A stretch of DNA of 63,469 nt, the filler included, from Vannella sp. (Eukaryota), in NCBI GenBank assembly GCA_023345925.1. It is 8 parts of 8 records of this genome, joined end to end, with 100 filler letters (N's around TTAATTAATTAA, not from the genome) between each part and the next. Parts side by side here need not be neighbours in the genome. Positions count along the whole stretch, not along the records: positions 47,904 to 59,224 come from JAJQQN010000291.1; positions 59,325 to 63,469 come from JAJQQN010000298.1; 6 more parts are not named here. One strand, written 5' to 3'. This document shows positions 48,311-59,387 of this stretch, piece after piece. Below the pieces are notes generated by a model, which made no database searches, was not told where the DNA came from, and saw only the letters and a program-made list of their open reading frames with translations. The position numbers and the translations under genes were made by a program. How positions within the stretch are numbered: the stretch's first letter is position 1; the number at the start of each line of letters is the position of its first letter.

Positions 48311-48923
48311 ATTATCAACAACGAACAACTCAGCCTTTCAATTCCAAGACAGCCCCTCAGATTTTACAAGCTTCTGGCTGCTCAACCAATCTTGCACAAT
48401 TCCAAAGCTGTCCTGCAATGTCTAGGAAAGGCCAACTACTGTTCGATAATAAAAGGCTTGAAAATGATCATCCTGTCCATTTCAATCAGGAAGTTGACTG
48501 TTATCTCAAGAGGAGAGCGTTCACGGCCCCACTAAACCATGTCCGCTGGCCCTGGTTGAAAGTGCTCCTAAATTCGACTGCCACCGATCCAAATGATGTT
48601 TTTAAGAGGGCTACTTTTCCCTCGTTTGGGGGGATGGTCAAATGAGCCCAAAAAGTGCCCCGACTGAATCACATAAAAAGTCCATTGGTAAAGGTCCCGA
48701 TCTCATCCCGAAGACCCGAAATCCTTAGCGGCTTTTCAAAACTTAGCCAAAAACTTGCCGCTTCCCCTGATCGAGATAAAATGAGCGTTTGTTTCCCTTC
48801 ATCTGTCATTGATTGCAGGGGAGGTAACCATAATGACATCATTATCACACACTTCAGTCCCTCCTTTCTGACGACAAAAGAAAGTCACTTTTTGTCTTCC
48901 TCTTCTTCCATCAGTGCTCTGTA

Positions 48924-49610
48924 ATGTGGGAATCGCCAACTGAAACACAGTTCCGAGGGAGAGTGGAGGAGCAAGTGCCTCCCAAACACTTTGTGTTCGT
49001 GATTGACCAGTCCAAGAGCATGGGGTTGCCCCGAGGAGCCCCTCAATGGGACGAAGTGGTGAGCGCATACAATCAAGCGCTCCAAACCATTCTTGTGGCA
49101 GAGCCACAAGATCTCCTTAGCCAGATCCTCTTCGATGGGAAAGCTACCCTTCCAGTGGGGAAGGATCCTTCCTTGTATCGTCGCGCCCCTCTGGCACAAC
49201 AGAACGGGTCTTTCCCTCGCATTTACAACGAGAAACCTCGTGGTGGGTCCACTAACTACACTGAGGCATTGAAAGAGGTCCTTTCCACTGTCTATGGATG
49301 CCCAATGCACACCGTGGTCATCTTCATTACCGATGGCCAGCCCATCCCGAACGAAGTCAACCTCGATCTCTTGGACCAGATTGATCAGAGTGTTGCCGGA
49401 CAACTAGAATGTCACTTCATTGCCTTCCGCTTTGAAGGAAGCCCGGAAGTTCTGAACCAAATAGTGACTTACATCAACCGCCGTCCCCACCCCCTCCAAC
49501 CCCGCGCCCGCCTCATCCATGCCAACGGATTCGATGCAGCCTCTGACTTGGTGTCCCATCTCATCGAGATAACCGCCCCTGGACGCCCCATCACTCCCCT
49601 CAACGAGTGA
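48924..49610 (+). CDS. von Willebrand factor A domain protein (intronless as read; start uncertain)
   Basis: MIDAS motif FVIDQSKSM, plus GGSTNY and VIFITDG. Confidence 0.8.
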   Translation: MWESPTETQFRGRVEEQVPPKHFVFVIDQSKSMGLPRGAPQWDEVVSAYNQALQTILVAEPQDLLSQILFDGKATLPVGKDPSLYRRAPLAQQNGSFPRIYNEKPRGGSTNYTEALKEVLSTVYGCPMHTVVIFITDGQPIPNEVNLDLLDQIDQSVAGQLECHFIAFRFEGSPEVLNQIVTYINRRPHPLQPRARLIHANGFDAASDLVSHLIEITAPGRPITPLNE

Positions 49611-49758
49611 ACGGAGACCATCACCAGTTTGGGAGTGTACTTCTGAAGCCCCCGTAATGAAGCGCTCTTGCCAGATTGGTCCATTGAACGAGGAAGGGGG
49701 AGGGAGAAAGGGAAATGCGATAAGAGAGAGTCCACGGCCTGATAAGAGCCTCAAGGTG

Positions 49759-49890
49759 CGTCGCGCCCCTCGGGCACAACAGAACGGGTCTTTCCCTTGC
49801 GTTTACAACGAGAAACCTTGTGAAGGGTTCACCACCTACACAAAGGCATTGAAAGAGGTCCTCTGCACTGTCCGTGGATGGCAAATGCAC
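49759..49890 (+). repeat. Degenerate direct duplication of 49179-49310 (vWA gene fragment)
   Basis: cgtcgcgcccctc.ggcacaacagaacgggtctttccct...gcattgaaagaggtcct recurs 580 nt downstream. Confidence 0.9.
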
Positions 49891-50150
49891 CCTCAATGAA
49901 CGCAAAGGTCGGGGTTCCAGCCCTTCCTCCTTCTCCAATGCCGTAGGCGTGTTCTGATAGCCAGACTGATGCGTTCTGGCCTAATTGTGGCCATTTGAAG
50001 GGAAAAGGGAAATGCGGTCATTTGGGCTCGGACGGGGAACATCGGACTTGCATGTCCCTTCCCCCTCGTGGTGGTCTTCTAGGCTCTCGAGAGAACCTCT
50101 CGCCTCATGTGCCAGGTGCTGGGGGAACGGGGGAACGCGTTGGTCGGGGA

Positions 50151-53100
50151 ATGGGAAACTCTCCTACTAGGCCTTTGCCGCCCGTCGCTCTCTCCCCTCC
50201 CAAGGGTCTGTCAACCGCTCCCAATAGACCGAGAGGGGTTGTGGTACTCGACCTCCGTAACGTGGGGAAGCTTTCAACCAGTAGGGAGCCCTCTTTGACC
50301 CTTCCTGGTTTGGTTCTCACCTCTCTTCGTAGATCTCGCGTCCAGCCAGAGCGCCAGAAGCGCTGCCTTCCCATCTTCAATCGCTGCTGCATCTGCATCA
50401 GCTGCCTTCTCTTCTCTGCGCAGGGTGGCGCCGCCTCGTCAGGGACGCACTCTTGAGTCAGCTCCACTGCAAGAGAGCGTGCCTTTGGAGTTGCCACGAA
50501 CGAGAGAAGCTAGCGTAAGACTCAAAGGGAGTCTGAAGGTCCCGCCTCCTCAACAAGGACGTGTTCACCCTCGCGGCCGCGTCAAAATGGCCGTCTCACC
50601 AGCTCATCAGTCTTCCACCAGCCCCGTGGCTTATCATAATACTGTAGGACGGAGAAAGAAGCCATCCCCTCCAGTAAGGGGCGGCTCCACTCGTGCAACT
50701 GCCCCCAATCCTCCCCCTGGAGGCTCCGCCCTCGCAAGACCTCATCCTACTCGCGCCACAGCCCGTCCTGACTTGTCAGACCATCGTCAATCTATCTACT
50801 ATGGTATTGGAACGCGCCAGTCCCTCGTGCTCGCTCAAATGGACGCCCAATTCTGTGACTTGGAGGAAACAATCTTCGAGAGAGTCCTCTCTGACAGCGA
50901 TGAGACAGACGATGATGACGACCTACCTTCTGAGGTACCTCTGGCACCCTCTCACGAGGCTACCCGCGCGCTACTGGCCGATCTTGAACTCGATATGTGC
51001 CACGCGAGCGCCATTCCAGGGAACACGTTCAACCTGAGTGATCCTGGGGAGATTGAGATATCTAGAAGGCATCTTCCCGACTCGGTGCTACAATGGGAGG
51101 GCTGGCAGAGGCGAGTCAAGAGGCAGACATGGGAACAATGGGAAGAACGACGTCCCAGTCCCAATCCAGAGGTCAAAGGACGCTCCAAAGGGCCAGAATC
51201 ACCTCGGATAGCACCTTCCAAGGCTCTAGCTAGAGTATGCGCTGAGCTGGATGGTCGTCAGGTGACTCCTTATTGGTTAATTCACTGGTGGCTCACCAAG
51301 AATACCTCTGGCAGGCCCACAGTAGCCAAGCACCCGCTCCTCGAGATAGTAGTTGATAACCTGGCGGTAGTGACTGCCTTGGCCGCCGTCTCATCCATAG
51401 ATGAACTCAGTAGATTAGCGCACTCGCTCGTCTGCATCTTTGATGGCTGTGGCAAGATAGTCGTGCTTGTAGCACACTTCTTAGGCCAGGAGATCAAGAA
51501 CACCATTCATAGTACCACACTGTTACGGAACAACACCATTATAACGAAGATAATCACTTCCTTTGCCAAGATTGCCGGAATGGGATGTCTGAGACACCAC
51601 GTTTCTCCGCTTCTCCAACGGATGGTGGAGGAGAACGTCTCAATAGAGATCGACCCCAAGAAGATGACTGACCCCAGCAAGGTTATCGAGTCTCAGCAAC
51701 GCCTGGAGGACTTGGCTCAGTCTTTCCTGGACTGCATTCTCAATAGTGCTGAGGATCTTCCTCCTTCTTTCTTCCAGATATGTGGGTGTTTGGCTCAGCT
51801 AACAACGGCCAAGTTCTCTGAAGATGTGGCTTTCTTTGCTATTGGAGGGTTTGTCTTTCTTCGGTTCTTCTGCCCAGCAATTGTTGCCCCCGAGGCATTC
51901 TCCCTTCTACCCTCTGCACCCCCTTCAGGAGTCCGCCGCTCTCTCATCCTTGTCAGCAAACTCATTCAAAATCTGGCCAATGGAGTAGAACGAGCCAAAG
52001 AGGCTTCTATTGTGGAGAGCACTGCTCGATTCGTAGCTCGCAACCAAGAGCGTTTGCACCAATTCTACAAATGTCTAGCAGGGACTCTTCCTGGCTCTGT
52101 TGAAAGAGAGTCCACAGCTCTCATTCCCATTCCATTGGTCGAGGAGTCTCTGACGGTCACCCACCGGCTGGTCCTTCTTCATATTGATGAAATTAAGGAT
52201 CAATTGAGTGAAGAGGATGAAGTGGCATTAGTGCGCTACTCGGTTTGGGAGAACCTCAATACTGTTCTTCTCAAGTCTAATATCATCACAGATACTTTGA
52301 AGCACCCTGGAACCATCTCCATCTTACCTGAATCACCTCTTTTCAAGCCTTATTCTCTCCTCATTGATTTAGTGTTAGCGGATGGCTGCCGGGTGGTCTT
52401 GGACCTTCTGCCACATATTTCCCAGTTATCTGACAGAGAACTGGCGGCTGAAGCCCTGATGGCAATAGTGCATCAACATGGTGACAGTGTTAACTTTATC
52501 AAAAGTCTAATTGGGAAGGCAGTGGCTCGCGCTCCCACTCCTGAAGAAGCCTTTATCGGGAACAATGACTATAATCTGCTTATTTCAGGCCTCCTGAAGG
52601 TGCTCACTCGTCAAAGCTTAGTTAATTCCTGCATCTCGTTCTTCCACAAGTTGAATGAGTCCGACTGCTCCATGGAAGTGGATCCCTGCCGGGCTCCTCC
52701 GCATCACGACATTGCAAGAGCCAAAGATGAGCTGGCCAGCCTTGCCGCTCAGCTCACTGATCTTCTTTGTCAATTCGGTGATGCTGTCCCTCAGCAAGCT
52801 CGTGAGATATGTGCCTACGCCCAATTGAAGTTGGTTCAGCGGTTTGGAGCCGGAAAAGTGGATCCTCTTTTTGGCGCCAAAATGCTTTGCGAGCGAATCT
52901 TTATTCCGGCATGTGCCTTTCCTGTTCTGTTCCATCTTCTCCCTCAACTTCCTCACTTCCATGCACGTCGAACTTGTGTGCTTCTTTCCCGGCTTGTTCG
53001 GAGCTGCTTTCAGGGGCTTCTCTGTGATGAGGGATACCTGATGAGCTTAAATCATTTTATTGTGGGTCAGAAGGACAAGATGGCTGCTCTTCTTAGCCGA

Positions 53101-53435
53101 TTGGCGCTTCCCCCTCCCGATTTCTCTCCAATATCACTTCAACTCACTTGGGAAGTGGAGGCGGAAGCCCTTTTACTTCTTCACACTCTCCTCTCCTCCA
53201 AAAAAGCCGAAATGAAGCCCTCTCTCGAGTCTGTCACCAACCAAGAGAAGATCGTTTACAACCTTTTCGATCGTCTAGCTGCAGTGATTGCCCTTTATCG
53301 CTTCCGATTACGAAGGAGAATGACTTCAGGGGTATGTTCCATTCTTCCAGCTGCTCAGAATCGCTCTCATCCTGCATGCAGGAATTTGGGGCCATCGACC
53401 AGTCCACTTCTGAATATTCTGATTTTCGGAACTAG
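50151..53435 (+). CDS. RasGAP protein with two tandem GAP-like domains
   Basis: TTLLRNNT, FVFLRFFCPAIVAP and LVSKLIQNLAN, then a second unit with MEVDP and ERIFIPACAFP. The first exon (MGNSPT) and terminal intron (about 53332-53381) are inferred. Confidence 0.88.
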
Positions 53436-53753
53436 CTCAGCAAGGAGACCTCCCGTCCTGCCCTTTGTAATATATCTAGAACCCCCTCGACTCCTGTTTC
53501 CCAAGAAGACAGATCCCACGCTCATTGGACAGCTTCCCCGCCAAGCTGAAAGAAAGCTCATTCTTGGAGCCATCAGAATGTCCCCTCCATGTACTGGGAG
53601 AATATCCCTTCCTTGTACTTGGGGAATGTCCCCTCCAGCACTTCAATTAGGCGCTCCTAAAGGAGCATGGCACTGTCACAGGGCCCTTGCTGCTAGAAGA
53701 CAGCAGCAAGTGATCTTTGCAATGCAGGTTGGCATTGTATTTGGTTAAATGGC

Positions 53754-54592
53754 TCATTCCTCGTCATTGGGGAAGATGGCTTCGAAGAAGACGCCTTCAG
53801 CAGACTTCCAGTTGCAAAGAGTATCTGACTTCTTGGTGACAGCGACTATTTCAAGCTGCCCTTCGATAGGGCGATTGTACTTCTTGCTGTGAGACGCCAG
53901 ATAAGTCCCCTCAATGATGTGCTTGATGCGCACGTTTTCGCCTCGTTTCCAATACCCAGAGCGTCCAGGGAGCTCCAATGCCCAGTTATCAGCTAGAGGA
54001 GATCACTGGTTAGTGTACTGGAGAGCACCATGCATGGGCGAGTCCCACCTTCGTCACCGTTGCCATTCTGTCCGAAGCAGCTCACTTCGAAAGACTCTGT
54101 GCTTAAGGGAGCACGGTGATGGTGGGTGTGAAGGTTCTTGCCTGTCTGAATGTGCTGCAAGCGGAACTTATCGCCGTGCTTAACCGGCGTTCTACCTCGC
54201 TGTCAGCTTGTCTTGAGGAGAGTGCTGAACGAAGCGATCGACTTACCCTTGGGGAACTACGGGAGTACCGTGGGCCTCCTTGAGGAGCCAGAAGCTGTTG
54301 TTATCATCCGCGTTGGCAAAACCAGTGACGGACTGCTGTGAGGATCCTGAGCCGTAAGAGACCTCATGAGAATGCAAGCGATAGCTGCTGTGTGCATGCT
54401 TCAACTTCAATAAGCTTCCGTAGGTGACGTAAGTCAGAGCTTGGAGGAAGGTCAGTCTTCGGGTTGGTTTCCCAAAAGAGAACGCTCACCATCGCCATCT
54501 GCAGCATAGTTCTTGTCCTCTGTGAAGCCCGTGCATGTCTGCAAGAGGATCAAAAGTACACTCAACACTGCCACAGCCCGGCGTGCTGTCAT
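53754..54592 (-). CDS. SDF2: Stromal cell-derived factor 2-like MIR-domain ER protein
   Basis: Signal peptide, VTYGSLLKLKH, RLHSHEVSYGSGSSQQSVTG, LHTHHHRAPLS and WKSAEGVF. Confidence 0.9.
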
Positions 54593-54701
54593 CCTTCTGC
54601 CGCAGGAGGAGAATGACGTGGCCATGGCCTGTTGGCTCCTTTAGTTCGAGTCAGTGACGTATTTAGTGAAATGTAAGAAAAAGATTTAGAAAACTGGCAT
54701 G

Positions 54702-55706
54702 TTAGTGGCCCTTGGCCATGAGACCTTCCTTCTCCTTGACCTCGTGGATGTGGCTGGCGTGAGCGTTGTTGAAGAGTTGTGGGGCAATCAAGGGGAGGTT
54801 CTCGGTCTTTCCTTCGGCTTGCCAGTGGGCGAGGACCATCTCCTTCAAGTAACCGGCGGCGCGAGCGGGGTTCAGGTTCTTGGGGCAAGCCAAAGTGCAC
54901 GAGAGGATCTGGTGGCACTGGAAGACCTTTTCTCTCTTGGAGCCCAATTGCTGGAGGCGATATTGGGTAGCCACGTCTCGGGAGTCAGAGATCCATCGGA
55001 AGGCTTGGAGCATGATAGCAGGGCCGAGGTAGTGGTCGCTTCCATGCCACCAATAGGAGGGGCATGAGGTTGAGCAGCAGGCACATAAGACGCACTCGTA
55101 GAGGCCATCCAAAGCAGCACGGTCCTCCACAGACTGCAAGACCTCCGTCTTGGACTGCTCCTGTTCGGGAGTAAGATGAAGCCATGGCTCCACTGACTTG
55201 TGGTGCTCGTAGAAGCGGTTCATGTCAGGAACAAGATCCTTGATGGGGGTTTGATGAGGAAGAGGGTAGACACGGATTTTGCCGTCAGGAGTGATGGCCT
55301 CCTCCAAGGTGCAAAGGCAAGCGAGGGTGTTGGTTCCGCCGATGTTCATGGCGCAACTGCCGCAGATGCCTTCTCTGCAGGATCGACGGAGAGTCAGAGT
55401 GGGGTCCATCGTGTTCTTAATCTTCAGCAACACGTCCAAGATCATGGGAGTGTCCTTGGTGTCCACGTTGAAGGTCTCTGTGTATGGCTTTGTGTTTTGT
55501 CCTCGGTAACGGTAAACTTCGACTGGAATCATCCGTGAACCATCCTTCAGAGCTGCATGATTCGTTAGAACCCTTCAAAGGATGGATTTAAAGGTGCACT
55601 TACCCATCGCATTGGCAACAGCCTTGGCAGCACTTCCTTTGAGTCACAGTGAGTAAGAAGTTTGATAAGAGGGATAGTCCCTACCCTTGAAGAAGCTCTT
55701 GAGCAT
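54702..55706 (-). CDS. SDHB: Succinate dehydrogenase iron-sulfur subunit
   Basis: RRSCREGICGSCAMN, CVLCACCSTSCPSYWW and CHQILSCTLACPKNLNP. The short transit peptide is encoded on two small exons. Confidence 0.96.
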
Positions 55707-55760
55707 GTGGCGGGTAAAGGCGCAGGGAATAATGATCAAAATCATCGTTCTTGCGGTCTT

Positions 55761-55781
55761 ATTGGCTAGGTCACGTGACCT
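55761..55781. promoter_or_regulatory. ATTGG (CCAAT) box plus perfect 14-bp E-box palindrome AGGTCACGTGACCT in the divergent SDHB/DnaJ promoter
   Basis: ATTGG at 55761 and the palindrome at 55768-55781, inside a 172-nt head-to-head spacer. Confidence 0.6.
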
Positions 55782-55878
55782 TCTCACTAGCGACTTCTGC
55801 TGATTCTTCCAGCGAAAGGATTTTTTTGAGAATACAATAAGCCAGCAAGGTCATTATTGTGGCACATTAATTGTTGGG

Positions 55879-57494
55879 ATGAACGAGGGCGAGGCGGAAA
55901 GGTGCGCAGAGATGGCGGGGAAAGCCTTCCGCTCTGGGGATCATGTAGAGGCGGAGAGATTGTTGAAAAAGTCAATGAGTCTTCACCCAACTGATCTAGC
56001 ACAAAAGTTGAGCGAAGAAATGGCGCGGCACTCCTCACCAGCCTCTTCAAAGACACCAAATAGTGAACGCCCTCCCATTTCCCTCGTGAGCCAGCTGTGG
56101 AGACTGCTTGGCTTCCATCCTCCAATTCCTGAGAGTGAAAGGAGAAACATCATCGCTGGTATGTCCTCCTCACTGCATCCAGCCCCCCGCTGCTGACTTG
56201 CCCATAGTGGACAAGGTGTTGGCCTGCAGGAACTACTACGAGGTGTTAGACATCTCCCCAGGAGCTTCAGCAGGAGAAATCAAACGCGCATACTTCCGTT
56301 CTGCGCTTATGCTTCATCCTGACAAGAACTCGGCCAAGGTTCGGCTCTTTTCGCATTCCCAAGGTGTCTAATGATCAGTACAGGGCGCTGATGAGGCCTT
56401 CAAAGTACTCTCTAAGGCATACGATACACTGAAAGAGTCAGAGTCAAAGGAAGCGTACGATCGCGACCTGTCCGATGGACGGGGGCAGATTAACACGGAT
56501 CACTTAAAGAGAGTGCGGATTACCCGTGTAGGATACTCTCGAAGTCATCTTCTATGTACTCATATTAGTTCAGTTTACAAAGGAGGAGGATGGATGGCTC
56601 ATATACACTGTTGGACAGTTGTTAGTTCGCGACATTCTTCTTGGTTTGATCTGGCATCGCGTTCTGTCCCCTTGCACTTGGCCATGGGCGGATCCAGTTA
56701 ACCTGGGAGCACCCTTACTTCTTGGTTCGTTGCTTTTACATCGTACGATAGGCTGGAACATGGGGACGAGCTTGGCAATCACTGGGATAGGACTCACGTG
56801 CAGCCTCTACGGAGTATACCTTATGTTTGACTACCCATTTGTTTCTGTGACATTCTACTCTTCATTGGTCATCCTCACAATCCCTCACTTCCACTTTCTG
56901 AAGAACCGTCTGCGAGCCCATTGGGTTTTAGTGACATTGGCTCTCATCAGCCTCTACGTGGTGTGGAGGTTCATTCTGGGTCCTTTCCTCTACTCCTTAA
57001 TCGTTCTAGCTATCTTCACAAAGTGCTTTAGCCTTGACCATCTCATAGCTCGAAGCAAATGGGCCTGTTTGGCTCTCTTCGTTGTGGTTTACTTGGTCTG
57101 TGACTCGGTCATCGCGCAGGTGCTGAGAATGCTCTTTTTCGTGATGAGTGTGTGCAAGATGATTGCGGAAGCGAAGAATCTGGGCTCCACGGACGAAACA
57201 GACCACGAGGAGGAACCAACCCATGGGCATAGCCACAATGGAGCTCCCTGCTCTCACAGCCATGCTCACAGCCATAGCCACTCACGTAAAGCGCCTCAAC
57301 ATGGCCACAGTCATAACGGGAAGCCGTGCAAGAACAAGCACTCCCACGACTCCCCCAGCTCCCCCAACTTTTCGAAAGGCGAAATCCGATTTGGTGCCAG
57401 AGGAAAGGTCTTCCTTCGCCGACCAGGCTCTCACAAGGAGGAAGACATCACGCGGGAGTACCACGAGTACGCTCGCACCCACAACCCCAGTTAA
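55879..57494 (+). CDS. DNAJB12/14-like J-domain membrane protein with multiple TM segments and a His-rich tail
   Basis: MNEGEAERC N-terminus, NYYEVL..IKRAY..LHPDKN, hydrophobic segments and a repeated HGHSHNG.PC motif. Confidence 0.82.
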
Positions 57495-57557
57495 ATTGCC
57501 TGTCCAGCCGAAATGTTTATTGATGTGAGGATGGGTGATTATATCATTGTTTAGAGT

Positions 57558-58256
57558 ATGGCCGCTCTTCGTCGCCTGGTTGAGGAGCATGACGATCTCG
57601 CTCTTGTGGACGGTAAGATCAACGTTACCTCCACTGGACATGAGTTTGGAACAATGCAAAAGCTTGAGGACAACCCTGAGGCAGCAATGAAGCTGATCCA
57701 GACTTATCTAAGCGGGAATAAGTACAAAATGGCACGCGAAGCATACTCCAAATCGTTTGATCACTACCCACACATCAGTGTTCATAAGAAACACCCCAAG
57801 AAACTGTTCTGCCTGCTATGTGGGTTCCACCTAAACCGAATCCCCAAGCAAATTGAGGATCACATCTCTGGCAGGAGGCACCAATGCAGACTGCGAGAGA
57901 GCGAGAACGGAAACCAAGGTGAACAGAGCATTCCTGATCAACTCGCCTCTCTGTTGGAGTCCGACGAGGAAGATCAAGAAGACAACGAACTCTCTGATGG
58001 CCACGCGGATGTGGAAGATCCAGAAGAAGAAGAAGCCGCGGCTATTCCAGAGGATGACGGTATTCCCTTTGAAGAAGTGACAATGGACGAGGAAATGGAG
58101 GCTTCCGTTGGACAAACTAAGTATGACTCGTCGAGTGAGGAAGAAATGACCAATGAGCAGTACATGGACAGCATTGGCAAGAAGAGAGTGGTTCCAAAGA
58201 TCTCTTCATCTGCCCAGCCTCGAAGGAAGAAGAATAAACGAGGAAAGAAGCAGTGA
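57558..58256 (+). CDS. SURF2: Surfeit locus protein 2-like
   Basis: KINVTSTGHE, YLSGNKY, KLFCLLCGFHLNRIPKQIEDHISGRRH and an acidic tail. Confidence 0.8.
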   Translation: MAALRRLVEEHDDLALVDGKINVTSTGHEFGTMQKLEDNPEAAMKLIQTYLSGNKYKMAREAYSKSFDHYPHISVHKKHPKKLFCLLCGFHLNRIPKQIEDHISGRRHQCRLRESENGNQGEQSIPDQLASLLESDEEDQEDNELSDGHADVEDPEEEEAAAIPEDDGIPFEEVTMDEEMEASVGQTKYDSSSEEEMTNEQYMDSIGKKRVVPKISSSAQPRRKKNKRGKKQ

Positions 58257-58302
58257 TACTGCCACAACTCGGTTCGGTAGGATTTATCCTTTACCAAGAG
58301 AT

Positions 58303-58735
58303 TTAAGAAGAGTGTACAGTGACCTCAACATCTACTCCGGGTTCGAGAGAGACGGCGGTAATCTGCTTGACGATGGCGGCAGGGCAGACGAGGTCGATAA
58401 GTCTCTTGTGGATGCGCATCTCATATCGGTCGAAGGTGTTGGTTCCCTCTCCGCAAGGAGATTTGCGGGTGGTGATGACCAGAACCTTGGTGGGGAGACG
58501 AGCAGGTCCACGGACCTTCAGTCGCTCCAGCTTCTGCTTCTTGGCAGCTCCGATGAGCTCGCTGCAAACTGGAAAATTGTGAGACCCATGTGCTACCCCA
58601 TTTGCCTGTCCTACCCTTCTCCAAAGCCTTCAGGTTGCGGCTGGTGAGGGTGATTCTGATCTTCAGGTAGGGAACAGCTCCTTCAGCGGTAGCGCCCTTC
58701 TCGGTCTGGGGCTTCTTGACAACGGCCTGAGACAT
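58303..58735 (-). CDS. RPS20: 40S ribosomal protein uS10/S20
   Basis: [55 protein letters not shown] core after one intron. A further intron sits just before the ATG. Confidence 0.95.
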
Positions 58736-59387
58736 CTACAACCATTCGTCAGACAGATCTACAGGAAGAGGGGCACGCAACGAACCTAACGAGAAGCAAA
58801 AAAAAGGAGCGCTGCTAGTGAACCAGCGAAAGTTCTCCCGAAATTTTTGAGGAAGTGGCAATGTGGCCATTCTGCACAATTTGACTATTTCCATTTTATA
58901 TACTATAAATTACATCACACTGATGACCAGGTTACAACCCAATCATCGATCAACTACTGCAAGACCTTCCTGAAGTTGGAGAATCGTTGGTGAGTCAATG
59001 AGCAAGTGGAGTGTCCAACTTCGCACAACGAGTTAGCCGACCTACAAGTTACGCCAAGCGATTCCCTTTTGGGAGTCTTCCAAGCAGTGGGTGCTTCAAC
59101 GGACATGATTTTCAATGGAGGGTTGCAGCGTTAACGTCTAAATGTCATTAGGAGCCCATGCTAAGAACTTGACCAAAAGGAGTTGGGTGGCAATGACAAG
59201 GCGTGACCTTTTGAGGTCATTCTTNNNNNNNNNNNNNNNNNNNNNNNNNNNNNNNNNNNNNNNNNNNNTTAATTAATTAANNNNNNNNNNNNNNNNNNNN
59301 NNNNNNNNNNNNNNNNNNNNNNNNATGCCTCGAGTGTCGCGGTCAAAATGAATGGGAAACCCCCAAGTGCAATATATCAATCTATAA

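Noticed and set aside
386..49610. PP2C + kinase + vWA as a TerY-P-like triad
   Set aside because: PP2C is on a different contig and is an ordinary intron-containing eukaryotic gene. No real linkage.
53436..53748. C-terminal extension of the 1107-aa RasGAP ORF
   Set aside because: A GTATGT...GCAG intron at about 53332-53381 more plausibly leads to a stop at 53435. The extension looks like read-through of intron and UTR.
57558..58735. SURF2 next to a ribosomal protein gene as a conserved Surfeit cluster
   Set aside because: The vertebrate cluster involves RPL7A, not RPS20. Likely coincidence in a dense genome.
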